64,000 nucleotides of DNA from Polyangiaceae bacterium (GCA_965222375.1 CBDCTZ010000016.1:480001-544000), one strand, 5' to 3'; numbered from the stretch's first letter, positions 20,449-29,698 are shown. A program made the numbers and translations. The notes: generated by a model from the sequence alone, not told the origin.

Positions 20449-21771
20449 GTGAAACCGCCCCGGAAACCTCAGAGTGACGCCGACATCTATCGGCGCGCCC
20501 TCGGCATCGCCGGCGGGGGCGTCGCGTTGGCGGCGATTCTCGTGGGCGCCGGAGGCGGGGCCAGCGCCACGGCCATGCTGGCGCACCTGACGACGCCCCA
20601 GGCCCCTCAGTTGACGGCTGCGCCGACACCGATGGCCGAACGCAAGCTCGCCCCGCTGACGGATGTTCTTCGGAAGAAGGGCTTTCACGAGTGCAACCCG
20701 CATGACCCGATCGGCCTGGGGCCCTACTCACCTTTTCGCAACCTGAGGATGGGGCGCATCGCGATTCCTCAAAAAGGCGGGCACACCGCGGACATGGGTT
20801 TCGACGTCGTCATCCACTTTCATGGCTACAACGCCGTTCGAAAGACGCTCGTGCAAGTCGCCAACGGCGTTGCCTATGTGGGTATCGACAAAGGCTTGGG
20901 CAGCGGACCCTACTCAAAGGCGTTTCGGCGCCCGGATGTGTATCCGGCGCTGCTGCGCTCCGTCGAGTCTGCACTCAAGCAACACACCCATGACGACGGC
21001 GCTCACATCCGCAAGGTCGCGCTCTCGGCCTGGAGCGCTGGTTACGGCGCAGTCAACGAGATCTTGAAGCATGGTGACGAGCGCGTGGACGCGGTCATTC
21101 TGTTGGATGGTCTTCACGCAGCCTGGAACCCCGCTGCATCCAAACGCGATGGTTCGCTGCGCTCCTTGAGCAGCCACACTCTGACGCCCACCTTTCGATT
21201 CGCGAAAAAGGCGCTTCAAGGCGAGAAGATCTTCATCTTCAGCCACTCAAAGGTCAATCCAGAGAAGTACCCGTCCACCTACCACACCGCGGATCTACTG
21301 CTTCGCGACCTCGGGCTTTCGCGAACCCCGGTCAAGGGAGACGGTTCGCCCTTCGAGCAGAAATCCGGCGTCGACAGCGGTGGTCTTCACATTTGGTACT
21401 ACGGTGGAACCAACGAGGCCGCGCATTGCGCGCACATTCCCGTGATGGCTCGCGCCCTTCGCGTGATCGAGTCCGAGTGGAGTACGCCTGCCTTGGACCG
21501 AAAGGTGCCGTTCACTCCTGCGCCGAAGCTAGGAGGGGGCGGAGACAACGAGGTCACCGCGACCCTGGACGTTGGTGTCGTCAAGGGCGCCGCGGCCGAT
21601 CCCTTCGAGGGGCTCGACACGGTTCAAAAGGGGGGCGAAGAAAAGGACCCACTGGAGTGGGTGCCAACTCCAGCACCGGCGGGTGCGCCAACATCAGTCG
21701 CCGAGGGCGTACAGGAACCCCTCGCCGCTCCCAACCAAGACCGTCCCGTCGTTGGCGACAGCGACGGGTGA
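20449..21771 (+). CDS. Alpha/beta-hydrolase-like secreted or membrane-anchored protein
   Basis: VVIHFHG, nucleophile-elbow-like SAWSAGYG, VILLDGLH, AHCAH. Confidence 0.7.
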   Translation: MKPPRKPQSDADIYRRALGIAGGGVALAAILVGAGGGASATAMLAHLTTPQAPQLTAAPTPMAERKLAPLTDVLRKKGFHECNPHDPIGLGPYSPFRNLRMGRIAIPQKGGHTADMGFDVVIHFHGYNAVRKTLVQVANGVAYVGIDKGLGSGPYSKAFRRPDVYPALLRSVESALKQHTHDDGAHIRKVALSAWSAGYGAVNEILKHGDERVDAVILLDGLHAAWNPAASKRDGSLRSLSSHTLTPTFRFAKKALQGEKIFIFSHSKVNPEKYPSTYHTADLLLRDLGLSRTPVKGDGSPFEQKSGVDSGGLHIWYYGGTNEAAHCAHIPVMARALRVIESEWSTPALDRKVPFTPAPKLGGGGDNEVTATLDVGVVKGAAADPFEGLDTVQKGGEEKDPLEWVPTPAPAGAPTSVAEGVQEPLAAPNQDRPVVGDSDG

Positions 21772-23115
21772 AAAGAGCGAGTCGCCAACTGGCACCTTCC
21801 ACTCGCAGCCGTAGCGAGACTTCGGAAACGCGGGGCGCGGCTTGCCGGCGAGCTTCTTGTCGCCCAGGTACACCTGCCAGAGCTGTTTGCCACTAGCGGC
21901 GCGAACCGCGTGCAGAGAGCCGTCGAAACGAGCGACATAGGCGACCTCTCCCGCCGCCGCGGGCGACGACCAACTCGGAAAGAAGCAGGGGCCCGCCTTC
22001 TTGCGCCACAGCATGCGGCCCGTGGTCGAGGCGATGCCCACTATGTCGCCGGAATAGGGTTCCGCGTAGACCAGCGCGCCAGCAACGCTGACCGGTGAGA
22101 CGCGTAGGTTGCCCCACTGGCCTGGCCCCTTGGAGCGCCACCGCTCTCGACCCGTACGGGCGTCAAGCGCCATCAGCGCAGGCACATCCTTGTAATAAGT
22201 GTCCCGCGCGAACGGGATGATCATCAGCCCACCGACCAAGACCGGCGGCGAGTAGATCTCGAGGGCTTCCGGCTTGCCCCTGCCACCCCAGGGCGGTCGG
22301 GTCAGGCGCTTCTTCCAGAGCACCTTGCCCGAGAAGCTCAGCTTGGCAGCATCACCGCCCTGGGAGGTGACGTAGATCGCCTTGTCGTCTGCTGCGGCAC
22401 CACCTCGGATCGCTCCGACAAACCCCTTGCTCCACACCGGGCTGCCGTCCTTTGCGTTCAACGCGCGCAGGTTGCCCATGGCGTCGCCGACGACGACCTT
22501 TCCGTCCACGAGCAGCGGGTGGGAGTACATCTTGCCTTTGCCTTTGTGTTTCCATGCAACGCGGCCGGTCTTCACGTCCAAGGCGTAGACGTGGCCATCG
22601 TCGCTGGTCGCAAAGACATGAGTTTTTGTCGCGGCCACTCCGTTCGCGTCTTGATCGAAATGCGCGTGCCAAGCGCGGCGACCCGTCTTGAAGTCGAGAG
22701 CGTAGACGCCATCTTCTGGATCGGGCTGGTTGTGCGCCGTGCCCGAGCTCGGCACGATCACCAACTGTTGACCGAGCACGATGGGTCCGTTCAGCCAACC
22801 CTGAATGCCCACCCGCGCGGACCACAACACCCGTGGCGCCTTCAAAGCTGGCGCCGCGCTCGCGCCGGTCCGAGCTGGGCCCCCGTGAAAGGTCGTCCAG
22901 CCGTCAGCACTGGTGATGTCACCGACCGCGATGGTCGATACGGGATCCTGTTCAGGTGTTTCGGCAGCGGGTGGCTCGATCACCACTGCGGCCCCCTGGG
23001 GCTGCTCCTGAGTCGGTTCGACGGGCGATTGAGGAGGTGGCGCCTGCGCCGCCGGAGGCTGCGGGCCGCACGCGACAAAAGCCAATGAGATCAAGTAGTA
23101 CCAGCAGTGTTTCAT
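21694..23115 (-). CDS. PQQ-like beta-propeller repeat lipoprotein
   Basis: Lipobox FVAC; WTTFHGGPARTG; repeated ALDxxTGxxxW blades. Overlaps the convergent gene by 78 bp. Confidence 0.9.
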   Translation of the reverse strand: MKHCWYYLISLAFVACGPQPPAAQAPPPQSPVEPTQEQPQGAAVVIEPPAAETPEQDPVSTIAVGDITSADGWTTFHGGPARTGASAAPALKAPRVLWSARVGIQGWLNGPIVLGQQLVIVPSSGTAHNQPDPEDGVYALDFKTGRRAWHAHFDQDANGVAATKTHVFATSDDGHVYALDVKTGRVAWKHKGKGKMYSHPLLVDGKVVVGDAMGNLRALNAKDGSPVWSKGFVGAIRGGAAADDKAIYVTSQGGDAAKLSFSGKVLWKKRLTRPPWGGRGKPEALEIYSPPVLVGGLMIIPFARDTYYKDVPALMALDARTGRERWRSKGPGQWGNLRVSPVSVAGALVYAEPYSGDIVGIASTTGRMLWRKKAGPCFFPSWSSPAAAGEVAYVARFDGSLHAVRAASGKQLWQVYLGDKKLAGKPRPAFPKSRYGCEWKVPVGDSLFSPVAVANDGTVLVGSGEGFLYALGD

Positions 23116-23270
23116 CTCAATGCACAGCTACTCGGCTGCCTCTGGCCGTCAAGCCGCCACGTTCGGAGGGACAAAAATGCTGGAGCTATGCACCGTTTTT
23201 ATCGGCGCGTCTTAGATCTATCCTTGAGCTGGGCGCCACAGGCGCTGCCGAAAGAGGGGTCGGCTTGAGT

Positions 23271-24461
23271 ATGTCCACGGTCTGTAGCAGTGGTGCTTCC
23301 ATCGCTAGCGGCGCAAACGCTGCCGTGAAGGAAGCTGTGTCGCCGGCGCTGAAGGCACTCGGCGAGGCGAAAGCCGAGGTTGCCTTCATCTTCGCGTCCA
23401 GCAAGTACGACCTTGCAGACGTGCTCGAGCACGCTCGCGCTCTGCTGCCTGACGCGAACATCATCGCTGCGAGCACCGCGGGGGAGCTGACGGATAGCGG
23501 TCTAACGCGACGGGGCATGGCCGTATTCTTGATTAGCGCTCCGGACATGCGATACTGCCTGAGCGAGGCCCGCGCCTTGGGCGAAGACGCCCAAGGCTTG
23601 ATTCGCGAACTCTGCCGAGAGCCCGAAGCACAAACCCTCGAGCACCGTGCTCGGGGTCGGCGCCACACTTCCTGCGTATTGCTAGGCGACGGCTTGTCCC
23701 CGACCTTCGAGCAGCTCGTGGTGGAAATCCGAAAACACCTGCCGGAGGAACACCTCGTCATTGGAGCCGGCGCCGCCGACGAAGGCGCGCTCGTCGAAAC
23801 CGCCGTCGGAAGCAATTCGACAGTGGCCACTGGTGGCGTGGTAGCCGTGCACTTCTGGTCGCCGCTACCGTGGGCCGTCGGCATGGGCCATGGCTTGTCC
23901 CAGGCTTCCCCCCGCATGACCGTCACGCGTGCTACCGGCAACGTCGTTCACGAAATCGATGGGCGCCCGGCCATGGACATCTACCGTGACTACGCTCAGG
24001 AGCGCGGCATCGACCTGAACGCGCTGCCCCTTGGCCAATTCCTGGTCGAGAACGAACTCGGAGTGCTTCTCTTCGATGAAATCGTCCGCGTGCGGGCTCC
24101 CCTTCGAGCGCTCGACGATGGCTCCATCTTCTGCGCCGGCGAAGTCCCCGCAGGCGCTCAAGTCTGCATCGTGCGCGGAGATGCGGGTGCCATCCTGAAC
24201 GCAGCCCGGGATGCGGCAGTCCAGGCCAAGGCCGCTCTGGGCGACCGCCCCGCTGCAGGGGTACTCGTATTCAGCTGCGTGTGTCGCAACATGACCCTCG
24301 GAGACAGCTACGACGGCGAAGTCGACGCCATAGCCGACGTGTTCCCTGGTGTGCCCTTCGCCGGTTTCTCCAGCTACGGCGAAGTGGCCCGGGACCCTGG
24401 GCGTCTTGACGGCTACCACAATAACACGATTGTCGTTGTTGCCATTCCCGGCGGGGACTGA
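23271..24461 (+). CDS. FIST signal-transduction domain protein
   Basis: ASTAGEL, GAGAAD, VHEIDGRPA, FSCVCR, AGFSSYGE, YHNNT. Confidence 0.92.
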   Translation: MSTVCSSGASIASGANAAVKEAVSPALKALGEAKAEVAFIFASSKYDLADVLEHARALLPDANIIAASTAGELTDSGLTRRGMAVFLISAPDMRYCLSEARALGEDAQGLIRELCREPEAQTLEHRARGRRHTSCVLLGDGLSPTFEQLVVEIRKHLPEEHLVIGAGAADEGALVETAVGSNSTVATGGVVAVHFWSPLPWAVGMGHGLSQASPRMTVTRATGNVVHEIDGRPAMDIYRDYAQERGIDLNALPLGQFLVENELGVLLFDEIVRVRAPLRALDDGSIFCAGEVPAGAQVCIVRGDAGAILNAARDAAVQAKAALGDRPAAGVLVFSCVCRNMTLGDSYDGEVDAIADVFPGVPFAGFSSYGEVARDPGRLDGYHNNTIVVVAIPGGD

Positions 24462-24560
24462 CGCTGTCCTGCGGCGTGGTTGGCGCTTGTTTTTTGGGGA
24501 TGTGGCGCTTTGTGCGTCATCGGGAGTTCTACGATTCGCGGGCGGGGGGCGCTGGCGGAG

Positions 24561-24637
24561 GAGTGCAGAGTGCAGAGTGTGGAGGTTGGAGTGAAGAGTG
24601 GGGAGGATTGAGTGGGGAGGATTGAGTGCTGAGTGAG
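24561..24637 (+). repeat. Degenerate heptamer tandem array (GAGnnnn x11)
   Basis: gagtgca gagtgca gagtgtg gaggttg gagtgaa gagtggg gaggatt gagtggg gaggatt gagtgct gagtgag. Confidence 0.9.
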
Positions 24638-24675
24638 CGCGGGGTTTTGGGTTCATCTCTGGTGAATTTGATCGT

Positions 24676-24763
24676 GTCTGCGTGCTCGACCGCGTCAAGG
24701 CCGGGGCCGGCTTCGCCGGTGGCCGCTTCGCGGCCAGCCTTGACACAGTCTCCGCTCGCAGAC
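24676..24763. other. Branched palindromic (REP-like) structure
   Basis: GTCAAGGC(24694)...GCCTTGAC(24744) closes two inner hairpins, ccggc-ttc-gccgg and tggccgc-ttc-gcggcca; outer gtctgcg/cgcagac pairing. Confidence 0.8.
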
Positions 24764-24801
24764 GGTGGGGTGGTTTGTTTTTTTTGAAAGGAAACCAACC
24801 A

Positions 24802-25128
24802 ATGCTCCGTATCTATCCCTTTGCGCTCGACCTCATTGTTCAGCTGCGTCCCGTGTTCTCGATTATCGAGCGGAAAGATCGCAATCTTGGCAATCAGTTT
24901 CGGCGTTGCAGTAGCAGCACCACGTTGAACCTCGGGGAGGGCGCGTACTCTCGTGGCAAGAATCGCGCGGCGAAGTTTCACATCGCGCTGGGGTCAGCGC
25001 GGGAGATGCTCGCGTGTCTCGAAACGGCTGCCGCCTTCGGCTACATCGGACCCATCGACGACGCGCGCAGAAACGACTTCAATCGTCTCATCGGTACTCT
25101 GGTCCGGCTGGTCGAACGCTGTGTGTAG
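24802..25128 (+). CDS. Four-helix-bundle protein (23S-IVP/bAvd-like superfamily)
   Basis: AAGGA RBS; 'DRNLGNQFRRCSSSTTLNLGEG...FHIALGSAREMLACLE' matches the family pattern QxxRxxxSxxxNxxEG..GSxxE. Confidence 0.9.
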   Translation: MLRIYPFALDLIVQLRPVFSIIERKDRNLGNQFRRCSSSTTLNLGEGAYSRGKNRAAKFHIALGSAREMLACLETAAAFGYIGPIDDARRNDFNRLIGTLVRLVERCV

Positions 25129-25165
25129 GTCCTCGGGTGCCTGCACCTGAGCGTTGAACGAAGGA

Positions 25166-25657
25166 CTACATACTGATGATGGGTCGCAGACCCAAATCTG
25201 AATCTTCATCGTAGTTGCTCGCCGCTTCGGCAGCGTTCGTCGACCGGACGTTGCATCCACGGCACGTCTCGACCGGCTCTTGAATCGCCTTCACGAAATA
25301 GATGTAGTCCGCCGGAGAGATAGCGCCGGCGTCTCGCAATCCGATAGCTCCGTACACTCGAGCCTCGGGCGTGGTGGCCGCGAGCACGATCCACAATAGA
25401 TCGGCGCGCCCAGTGTCCACCAACATCGTCGTATCTGCATCGCCCGGAGGTCGCTGCCCAGTGAGGAAGCAGGAACGCCCCACGATCAATCGTGAACTGG
25501 GCGAGACAAGTCGCTCGAACGCGCGATGAACTGCCGAGACACGGTTGGCTCTCGCGACCTGATCCGCGACCACCGGTGCCACAGCAATCAATTCTACGGA
25601 CGGGGTTGTGCCGCACCCGCCGACGCACGCGAGAAGCATTGGTAACCATCCACGCAC
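25166..25657 (-). CDS. Hypothetical lipoprotein
   Basis: 163-aa ORF with signal ending VGGC; 'ATTPEARVYGAIGL' helical motif. Confidence 0.55.
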   Translation of the reverse strand: MRGWLPMLLACVGGCGTTPSVELIAVAPVVADQVARANRVSAVHRAFERLVSPSSRLIVGRSCFLTGQRPPGDADTTMLVDTGRADLLWIVLAATTPEARVYGAIGLRDAGAISPADYIYFVKAIQEPVETCRGCNVRSTNAAEAASNYDEDSDLGLRPIISM

Positions 25658-25773
25658 ATGCCGACAGACACCGCGGTAGGGTTCAATGTTCCGACGCTAG
25701 CGCCCCCTCTTGCTAGTCGAGAGGCGACCTGGCCTGATCCCTGCGAACCTCGTTCCACCAGCCCATTTCTCAA

Positions 25774-25812
25774 CCCACCCAATCCTCCAACCTCTGCACT
25801 CTGCGCTCTGCA
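25774..25812 (-). repeat. Inverted copy of the heptamer array
   Basis: cccaccc aatcctc caacctc tgcactc tgcgctc tgca is the reverse complement of gggtggg/gaggatt/gaggttg/gagtgca/gagcgca units. Confidence 0.8.
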
Positions 25813-25853
25813 GGTCCAACCGGTGGGCGTCGACGCGGGGTCGAGGCGCCGCT

Positions 25854-26681
25854 ATGGAAGTTGTGACAGTGAAGGCGTCGCGGCAGATTGCAGTCAGTTA
25901 CGTTCCGACGACTCGGCGCTTCGTGCCGTGGATGGTTGTCGTCATCTTGGTGGTGACGGTCGCGATGGGCGCGGCGTTTGCGACGGGGGCTGGCGCGTTG
26001 CCGCTGCTGGTCGTGCTTTGGGGCACGGTTCTGGTCGTCGTTGCGTATCCGCTGGCGTTCGCTCGGGTGCGCGTGACGGTACGACGGGGTGGTGAAGGGC
26101 TGACCATCGAGGAGGATCGACTGCTCGCGCAGTCGCGGCGTGACGAGATCGAGTTCGTGGAGCGGCCGCGGGTCGAGGTGGACGAGTACAACTCGGCGAC
26201 GCTGGTGATCCTCGGCGGCGAGGAGGAGGCCTTTCTGACGGACACGCCCGCGGAGGAGCGCGAGGGTCTGCGCACGCAGATCGGCGAGATCCTTCCGGAG
26301 TGGCAACCGGCTGAGGAAAACCGGGCAGTGCCGGGTGCAGAGGGAGGGAGGGACGCTGACGTGGACCCGGTGGTGGCGGAGACGCGGGGACTCATTGTCG
26401 CGTTGATTCATGGCGACCACGAGCTGGCGCGGGCTTGTTTAGGCCGCGGAGCTGTCGCGGACGGCCACGCGCAAGCTTGTGGAGTGGGAGCGCCCCTTTT
26501 CGTGGCCAAGCTGCGTGGGGACCGGGAAAGTGAATCGCTCTTGCGCGAGGAGGGTGCGATGCGCGATCAGGTTGACGCGTTCGGACTACGAATGCTCCGT
26601 TTGCTGGCGCAGACGGAGAATCAGGACCCGCTCGCTGAAGCGCTGGAACGCGCGACGGCTCTCGAAGAGGGCGACGATTGA
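25854..26681 (+). CDS. Hypothetical membrane protein, two TM helices, possible degenerate ankyrin-like C-terminus
   Basis: Two hydrophobic segments; 'LIVALIHGDHELARACLGRGA' is ankyrin-like. Confidence 0.55.
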   Translation: MEVVTVKASRQIAVSYVPTTRRFVPWMVVVILVVTVAMGAAFATGAGALPLLVVLWGTVLVVVAYPLAFARVRVTVRRGGEGLTIEEDRLLAQSRRDEIEFVERPRVEVDEYNSATLVILGGEEEAFLTDTPAEEREGLRTQIGEILPEWQPAEENRAVPGAEGGRDADVDPVVAETRGLIVALIHGDHELARACLGRGAVADGHAQACGVGAPLFVAKLRGDRESESLLREEGAMRDQVDAFGLRMLRLLAQTENQDPLAEALERATALEEGDD

Positions 26682-26700
26682 GTTCTCACCGACGCTCCGC

Positions 26701-27429
26701 TCACGGAGAGAACGGCGCGAGCCACGCTTCGTTGGTGACCGGCGCCCGCGACTTGTGTGGATGATCCTCACCTGCCCAAGGATTCGACGAGCACCATGTT
26801 TTCAACGACGCCTTGCTCAGGGGCAAGGCTTGTCGGTTGACCTCCCAGTTGACTCGAGCGGGAGAGCAGGTCTTGTCGTCATAGGAGCTCCCGGTTGTCG
26901 AACCGGCGTACTGAACCAGCTGTCCGCTGGGTTGGGTCACCTCACCACCAGTTTCGCCCACCACGTAGCCTTGCGCGAAGACCCGAAGCACCATGTCCTC
27001 CCGATCGCAGACGCAGTTCTCGAGGCCCGGGCGGGCTGGGGTGGGCAGATCGCAGTTCGTATAGACCCAGTGAAACTCGATCTGATCCCCGTTGTTTACC
27101 GACTTGCACACCTCTTCACCCGATGGGGCCTCCGCTTCGCCGGGCAGGCGAAAGCCGGCGTGCTCGAAGGGTTCATGGAAGTGCACGTTGCAGAGATTTG
27201 GCGTCTCGCCTCGTGGAACTGGCAAGGTGTTTGCTCCGCCTGCGACGGTGATGTCGCGGGGAGCCTGCGGGCCGCAGGCCTTGTCCTCAGGGGGCTGCTC
27301 GTCGGCGGATGCGAGCCCTTTGCCAGCGGGACTCGCTTTGGCAGGCGTAGCGGGTGAGCAGCTCAGCGCTGAGACCGCGAAAATGGCGGCAGCTACGCAG
27401 CAAACTCCCGAAGATTTGAATGAGTTCAT
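26701..27429 (-). CDS. Delta-class carbonic anhydrase-like lipoprotein
   Basis: GPQAPRDI, NLCNVHFHEPFEH, IEFHWVY, LRVFAQ, QYAGSTTG, SPARVNWEV, EDHPH resemble the delta-CA family; lipobox ALSC. Confidence 0.8.
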   Translation of the reverse strand: MNSFKSSGVCCVAAAIFAVSALSCSPATPAKASPAGKGLASADEQPPEDKACGPQAPRDITVAGGANTLPVPRGETPNLCNVHFHEPFEHAGFRLPGEAEAPSGEEVCKSVNNGDQIEFHWVYTNCDLPTPARPGLENCVCDREDMVLRVFAQGYVVGETGGEVTQPSGQLVQYAGSTTGSSYDDKTCSPARVNWEVNRQALPLSKASLKTWCSSNPWAGEDHPHKSRAPVTNEAWLAPFSP

Positions 27430-27540
27430 GGGCTTATTACTCAAGATATGGTTCAGCCGCGGCGATCGTCAACGGTGAAACGGGTCGCGAGTCGATGAAG
27501 CTCGGTTTACGATGATGCGCAGTCGCGGGTGCGAGTGGGG

Positions 27541-27930
27541 ATGAACATGAAATACGTCAACCGTGAAGCGTGGATGGTGCCTCGGCTTGGTGCGTTGCTC
27601 AGCCTTCCGATGGTGGCTTGCGGAAGTGACGACTCCGGGGGCAGCGGTGGCGCTGCGGGCGCTTCGGGATCGAGTGGCGCATCCGGTTCCGGGGGCTGGC
27701 AGTGGCGGTACATCGGGTAGCGGCGAAACCTCCGGGTCTGCCGGCTCAGCGGGAAACAGTGGCTCCGGCGGCAGCGCCGGTGGCGGGGCTCAGCGGCTGG
27801 CAGTGGTGGCGCCAGCAGCACCGGCGGCACCGGGACGGGCGGGGGCCCGAGCTGTTTTCCCGCCGGCGCGTTTTGCCCCAATGGAGACTTCTGCTGCAGC
27901 AAAGTCTGCGCCGACAACAAGTGCTTCTGA
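27541..27930 (+). pseudogene. Small Gly/Ser-rich lipoprotein with C-terminal six-Cys module; two compensating G-run frameshifts
   Basis: MVACGSDDSGG... and ...SCFPAGAFCPNGDFCCSKVCADNKCF* share a frame. The Gly/Ser linker between G-runs at about 27691 and 27785 is in the +1 frame, leaving TAG at 27718. Confidence 0.7.
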
Positions 27931-28020
27931 CCCACGGCGGGGCAGAGGGCTGGGCCGGTTGCTCCAATCCTGGTCGGCGCAAGGAACCGCCAACCCATGG
28001 CGCTCAGAAGAATTCGCTGG

Positions 28021-28992
28021 TCAACGTAACTGCGCTTTGACGCCGGCAAACAACGCGCTCAGGTCCAGGTTTCCGCCCGAGAGTACGATGCCCACGCGTC
28101 TGAAGTTGTGGGTGCGGAAGGTGGGTTGGAGCACGGCGGCGAGGCCCACGGCGCCGCTCGGTTCGGTCACGAGCTTCATGCGTTCCATCAGCAGGTGCAT
28201 GGACGCGAGGATTTCGTCGTCGCTGACCGTGAACACCGCCTCGACTCGGTCGCGGACGACGGGCCATGTGAGTTCGCCGATGCTCGCCAACAGGCCGTCC
28301 GCAATGGTGTGGGGTGCGTCGTTGCCGAGGCGGTGGCCCGCGGCTTTGGAGCGGAAGGCGTCGTCGGCGCCGGTGGGCTCAACACCGAAGATGCGAATTG
28401 TTGGCGACAGCTCCGTGGCGGCGACCGCGATACCACTGATCAGGCCGCCACCACTGAGGGGTACAACTAGCGCATCTAGATCCGAAACTTGTTCCAACAG
28501 CTCGAGCGCCACGGTGCCCTGGCCCGACATGACGTCGGGGTGGTCAAAAGGGGGAATGAGGGTCGCACCGGTTTCGGTGACGACCGCCGCTGCCGTGTCT
28601 TCCCGCGCTTGGAGCGTGGGTGCGCAGGGCACGACCCGGCCGCCGTAGCCTTCCACGGCGACTCGTTTCACATCGGGCGCGTTGTTCGGCATCACAATGT
28701 GAGCCGGGATGCCGCGAAGCTTGGCCGCCAGTGCGACGGCTTGTGCGTGGTTTCCGCTCGAATGGGTCGCCACGCCGCCGGATGCCGTGGCGTCGTCCAA
28801 GCGTGAGATGGCGTTCATGGCGCCGCGGAATTTGAAGGCGCCGATGCGCTGGAAGTTCTCGCACTTGAAGAACAGCTCCAGACCGCTGAGCTGGTTCAGA
28901 GTGCGAGAGGTGTGCACCGGCGTTACGTGGGCGACGCCTGCGATGCGCTCACGGGCGCCTTGCACCGAAGCCAAGCTGGCCGCGTAGGTCAT
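28021..28992 (-). CDS. PLP-dependent serine/threonine dehydratase / serine racemase family
   Basis: KCENFQRIGAFKFRGA, HSSGNHAQA, GQGTVALE, GGGLISG, EPSGA, LSGGN. Confidence 0.95.
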   Translation of the reverse strand: MTYAASLASVQGARERIAGVAHVTPVHTSRTLNQLSGLELFFKCENFQRIGAFKFRGAMNAISRLDDATASGGVATHSSGNHAQAVALAAKLRGIPAHIVMPNNAPDVKRVAVEGYGGRVVPCAPTLQAREDTAAAVVTETGATLIPPFDHPDVMSGQGTVALELLEQVSDLDALVVPLSGGGLISGIAVAATELSPTIRIFGVEPTGADDAFRSKAAGHRLGNDAPHTIADGLLASIGELTWPVVRDRVEAVFTVSDDEILASMHLLMERMKLVTEPSGAVGLAAVLQPTFRTHNFRRVGIVLSGGNLDLSALFAGVKAQLR

Positions 28993-29009
28993 GGCCGCAC
29001 TGTAGTGCC

Positions 29010-29050
29010 AAAAAAAAGAGGGAGCCACCGAGGGGGGGGGTGGCTCCCTC
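29010..29050 (-). terminator. Rho-independent terminator
   Basis: 12-bp stem gagggagccacc/ggtggctccctc followed on the minus strand by a T run. Confidence 0.9.
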
Positions 29051-29083
29051 ACGCGGGGAGGAAACGAGCGGGGTACGAGAGGG

Positions 29084-29665
29084 TCAGCTTGTTGCGGGGG
29101 CGGGAGCAGTGTGCAGGGCTTGCTTGCCCTTCTTGCCGAACTTGCCACGCTTGCCCTTGCGGGCCTTGTTGCGCCGGCGCTGCTCGGTGCCCTTCTTTCC
29201 GGCGCGGGCCTTGCGCATCATGCTCTTGAGCTTGGCCTGCTCCGCGGGCTTCAGAATCGTCTTGAGCTCGGCGGCGCGCTTCTGACGAAGGGCGCGCATC
29301 TTGGCTCGGGTGGCCTTCATCGCGTCTCGGGCCTGTTTGATGGCGGCCTGGTCGGCGCTGCCGCTCTTGCGCAACTTGCGAAGGGCCTTTCGCTGTGGCT
29401 TGGCTGCTTTGCGCAGAGTCTTCTGTGCGGCGCGGTAGCGCTTCTGAATCGCGACGACTTTTTCCGCGCGGGCGTCGTCCACGCCGGCCTTCTTCAGAGC
29501 TGCTCGCAAGCGTGCCTGACGTTTTGCCGGGTTCTTCTTGCCTGCGCGCTTCTTGGCGGTGTGAGCCGCCGGTGTCTTGCCACTTGCGTTACCGGGCGCT
29601 GCGATGGCGGGAAGCGCCAGGAGGGAGGCGGCAACGAGAGCGGCGAGAGTGGTGCGTGCTTTCAT
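29084..29665 (-). CDS. Secreted, very basic helical protein (Spy/CpxP-like), paralog A
   Basis: AAGGAG RBS; signal MKARTTLAALVAASLLALPAIA; K/R/A-rich helices; 'ILKPAEQAK' resembles the LTxxQ motif. Confidence 0.75.
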   Translation of the reverse strand: MKARTTLAALVAASLLALPAIAAPGNASGKTPAAHTAKKRAGKKNPAKRQARLRAALKKAGVDDARAEKVVAIQKRYRAAQKTLRKAAKPQRKALRKLRKSGSADQAAIKQARDAMKATRAKMRALRQKRAAELKTILKPAEQAKLKSMMRKARAGKKGTEQRRRNKARKGKRGKFGKKGKQALHTAPAPATS

Positions 29666-29698
29666 CTGGGTTTTCTCCTTGTTTCGAAAACTCATGAA

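Noticed and set aside
21694..21771. 78-bp overlap of convergent genes as a functional feature
   Set aside because: The plus-strand partner has a low-complexity tail, and such 3' overlaps are common in GC-rich genomes.
12022..25128. Diversity-generating retroelement (Avd-like four-helix protein plus near-identical repeats)
   Set aside because: No reverse transcriptase in the window, and differences between the PGRS copies are block-wise rather than adenine-specific.
24802..25128. 23S rRNA intervening sequence
   Set aside because: Flanks are protein-coding genes; no rRNA sequence recognised.
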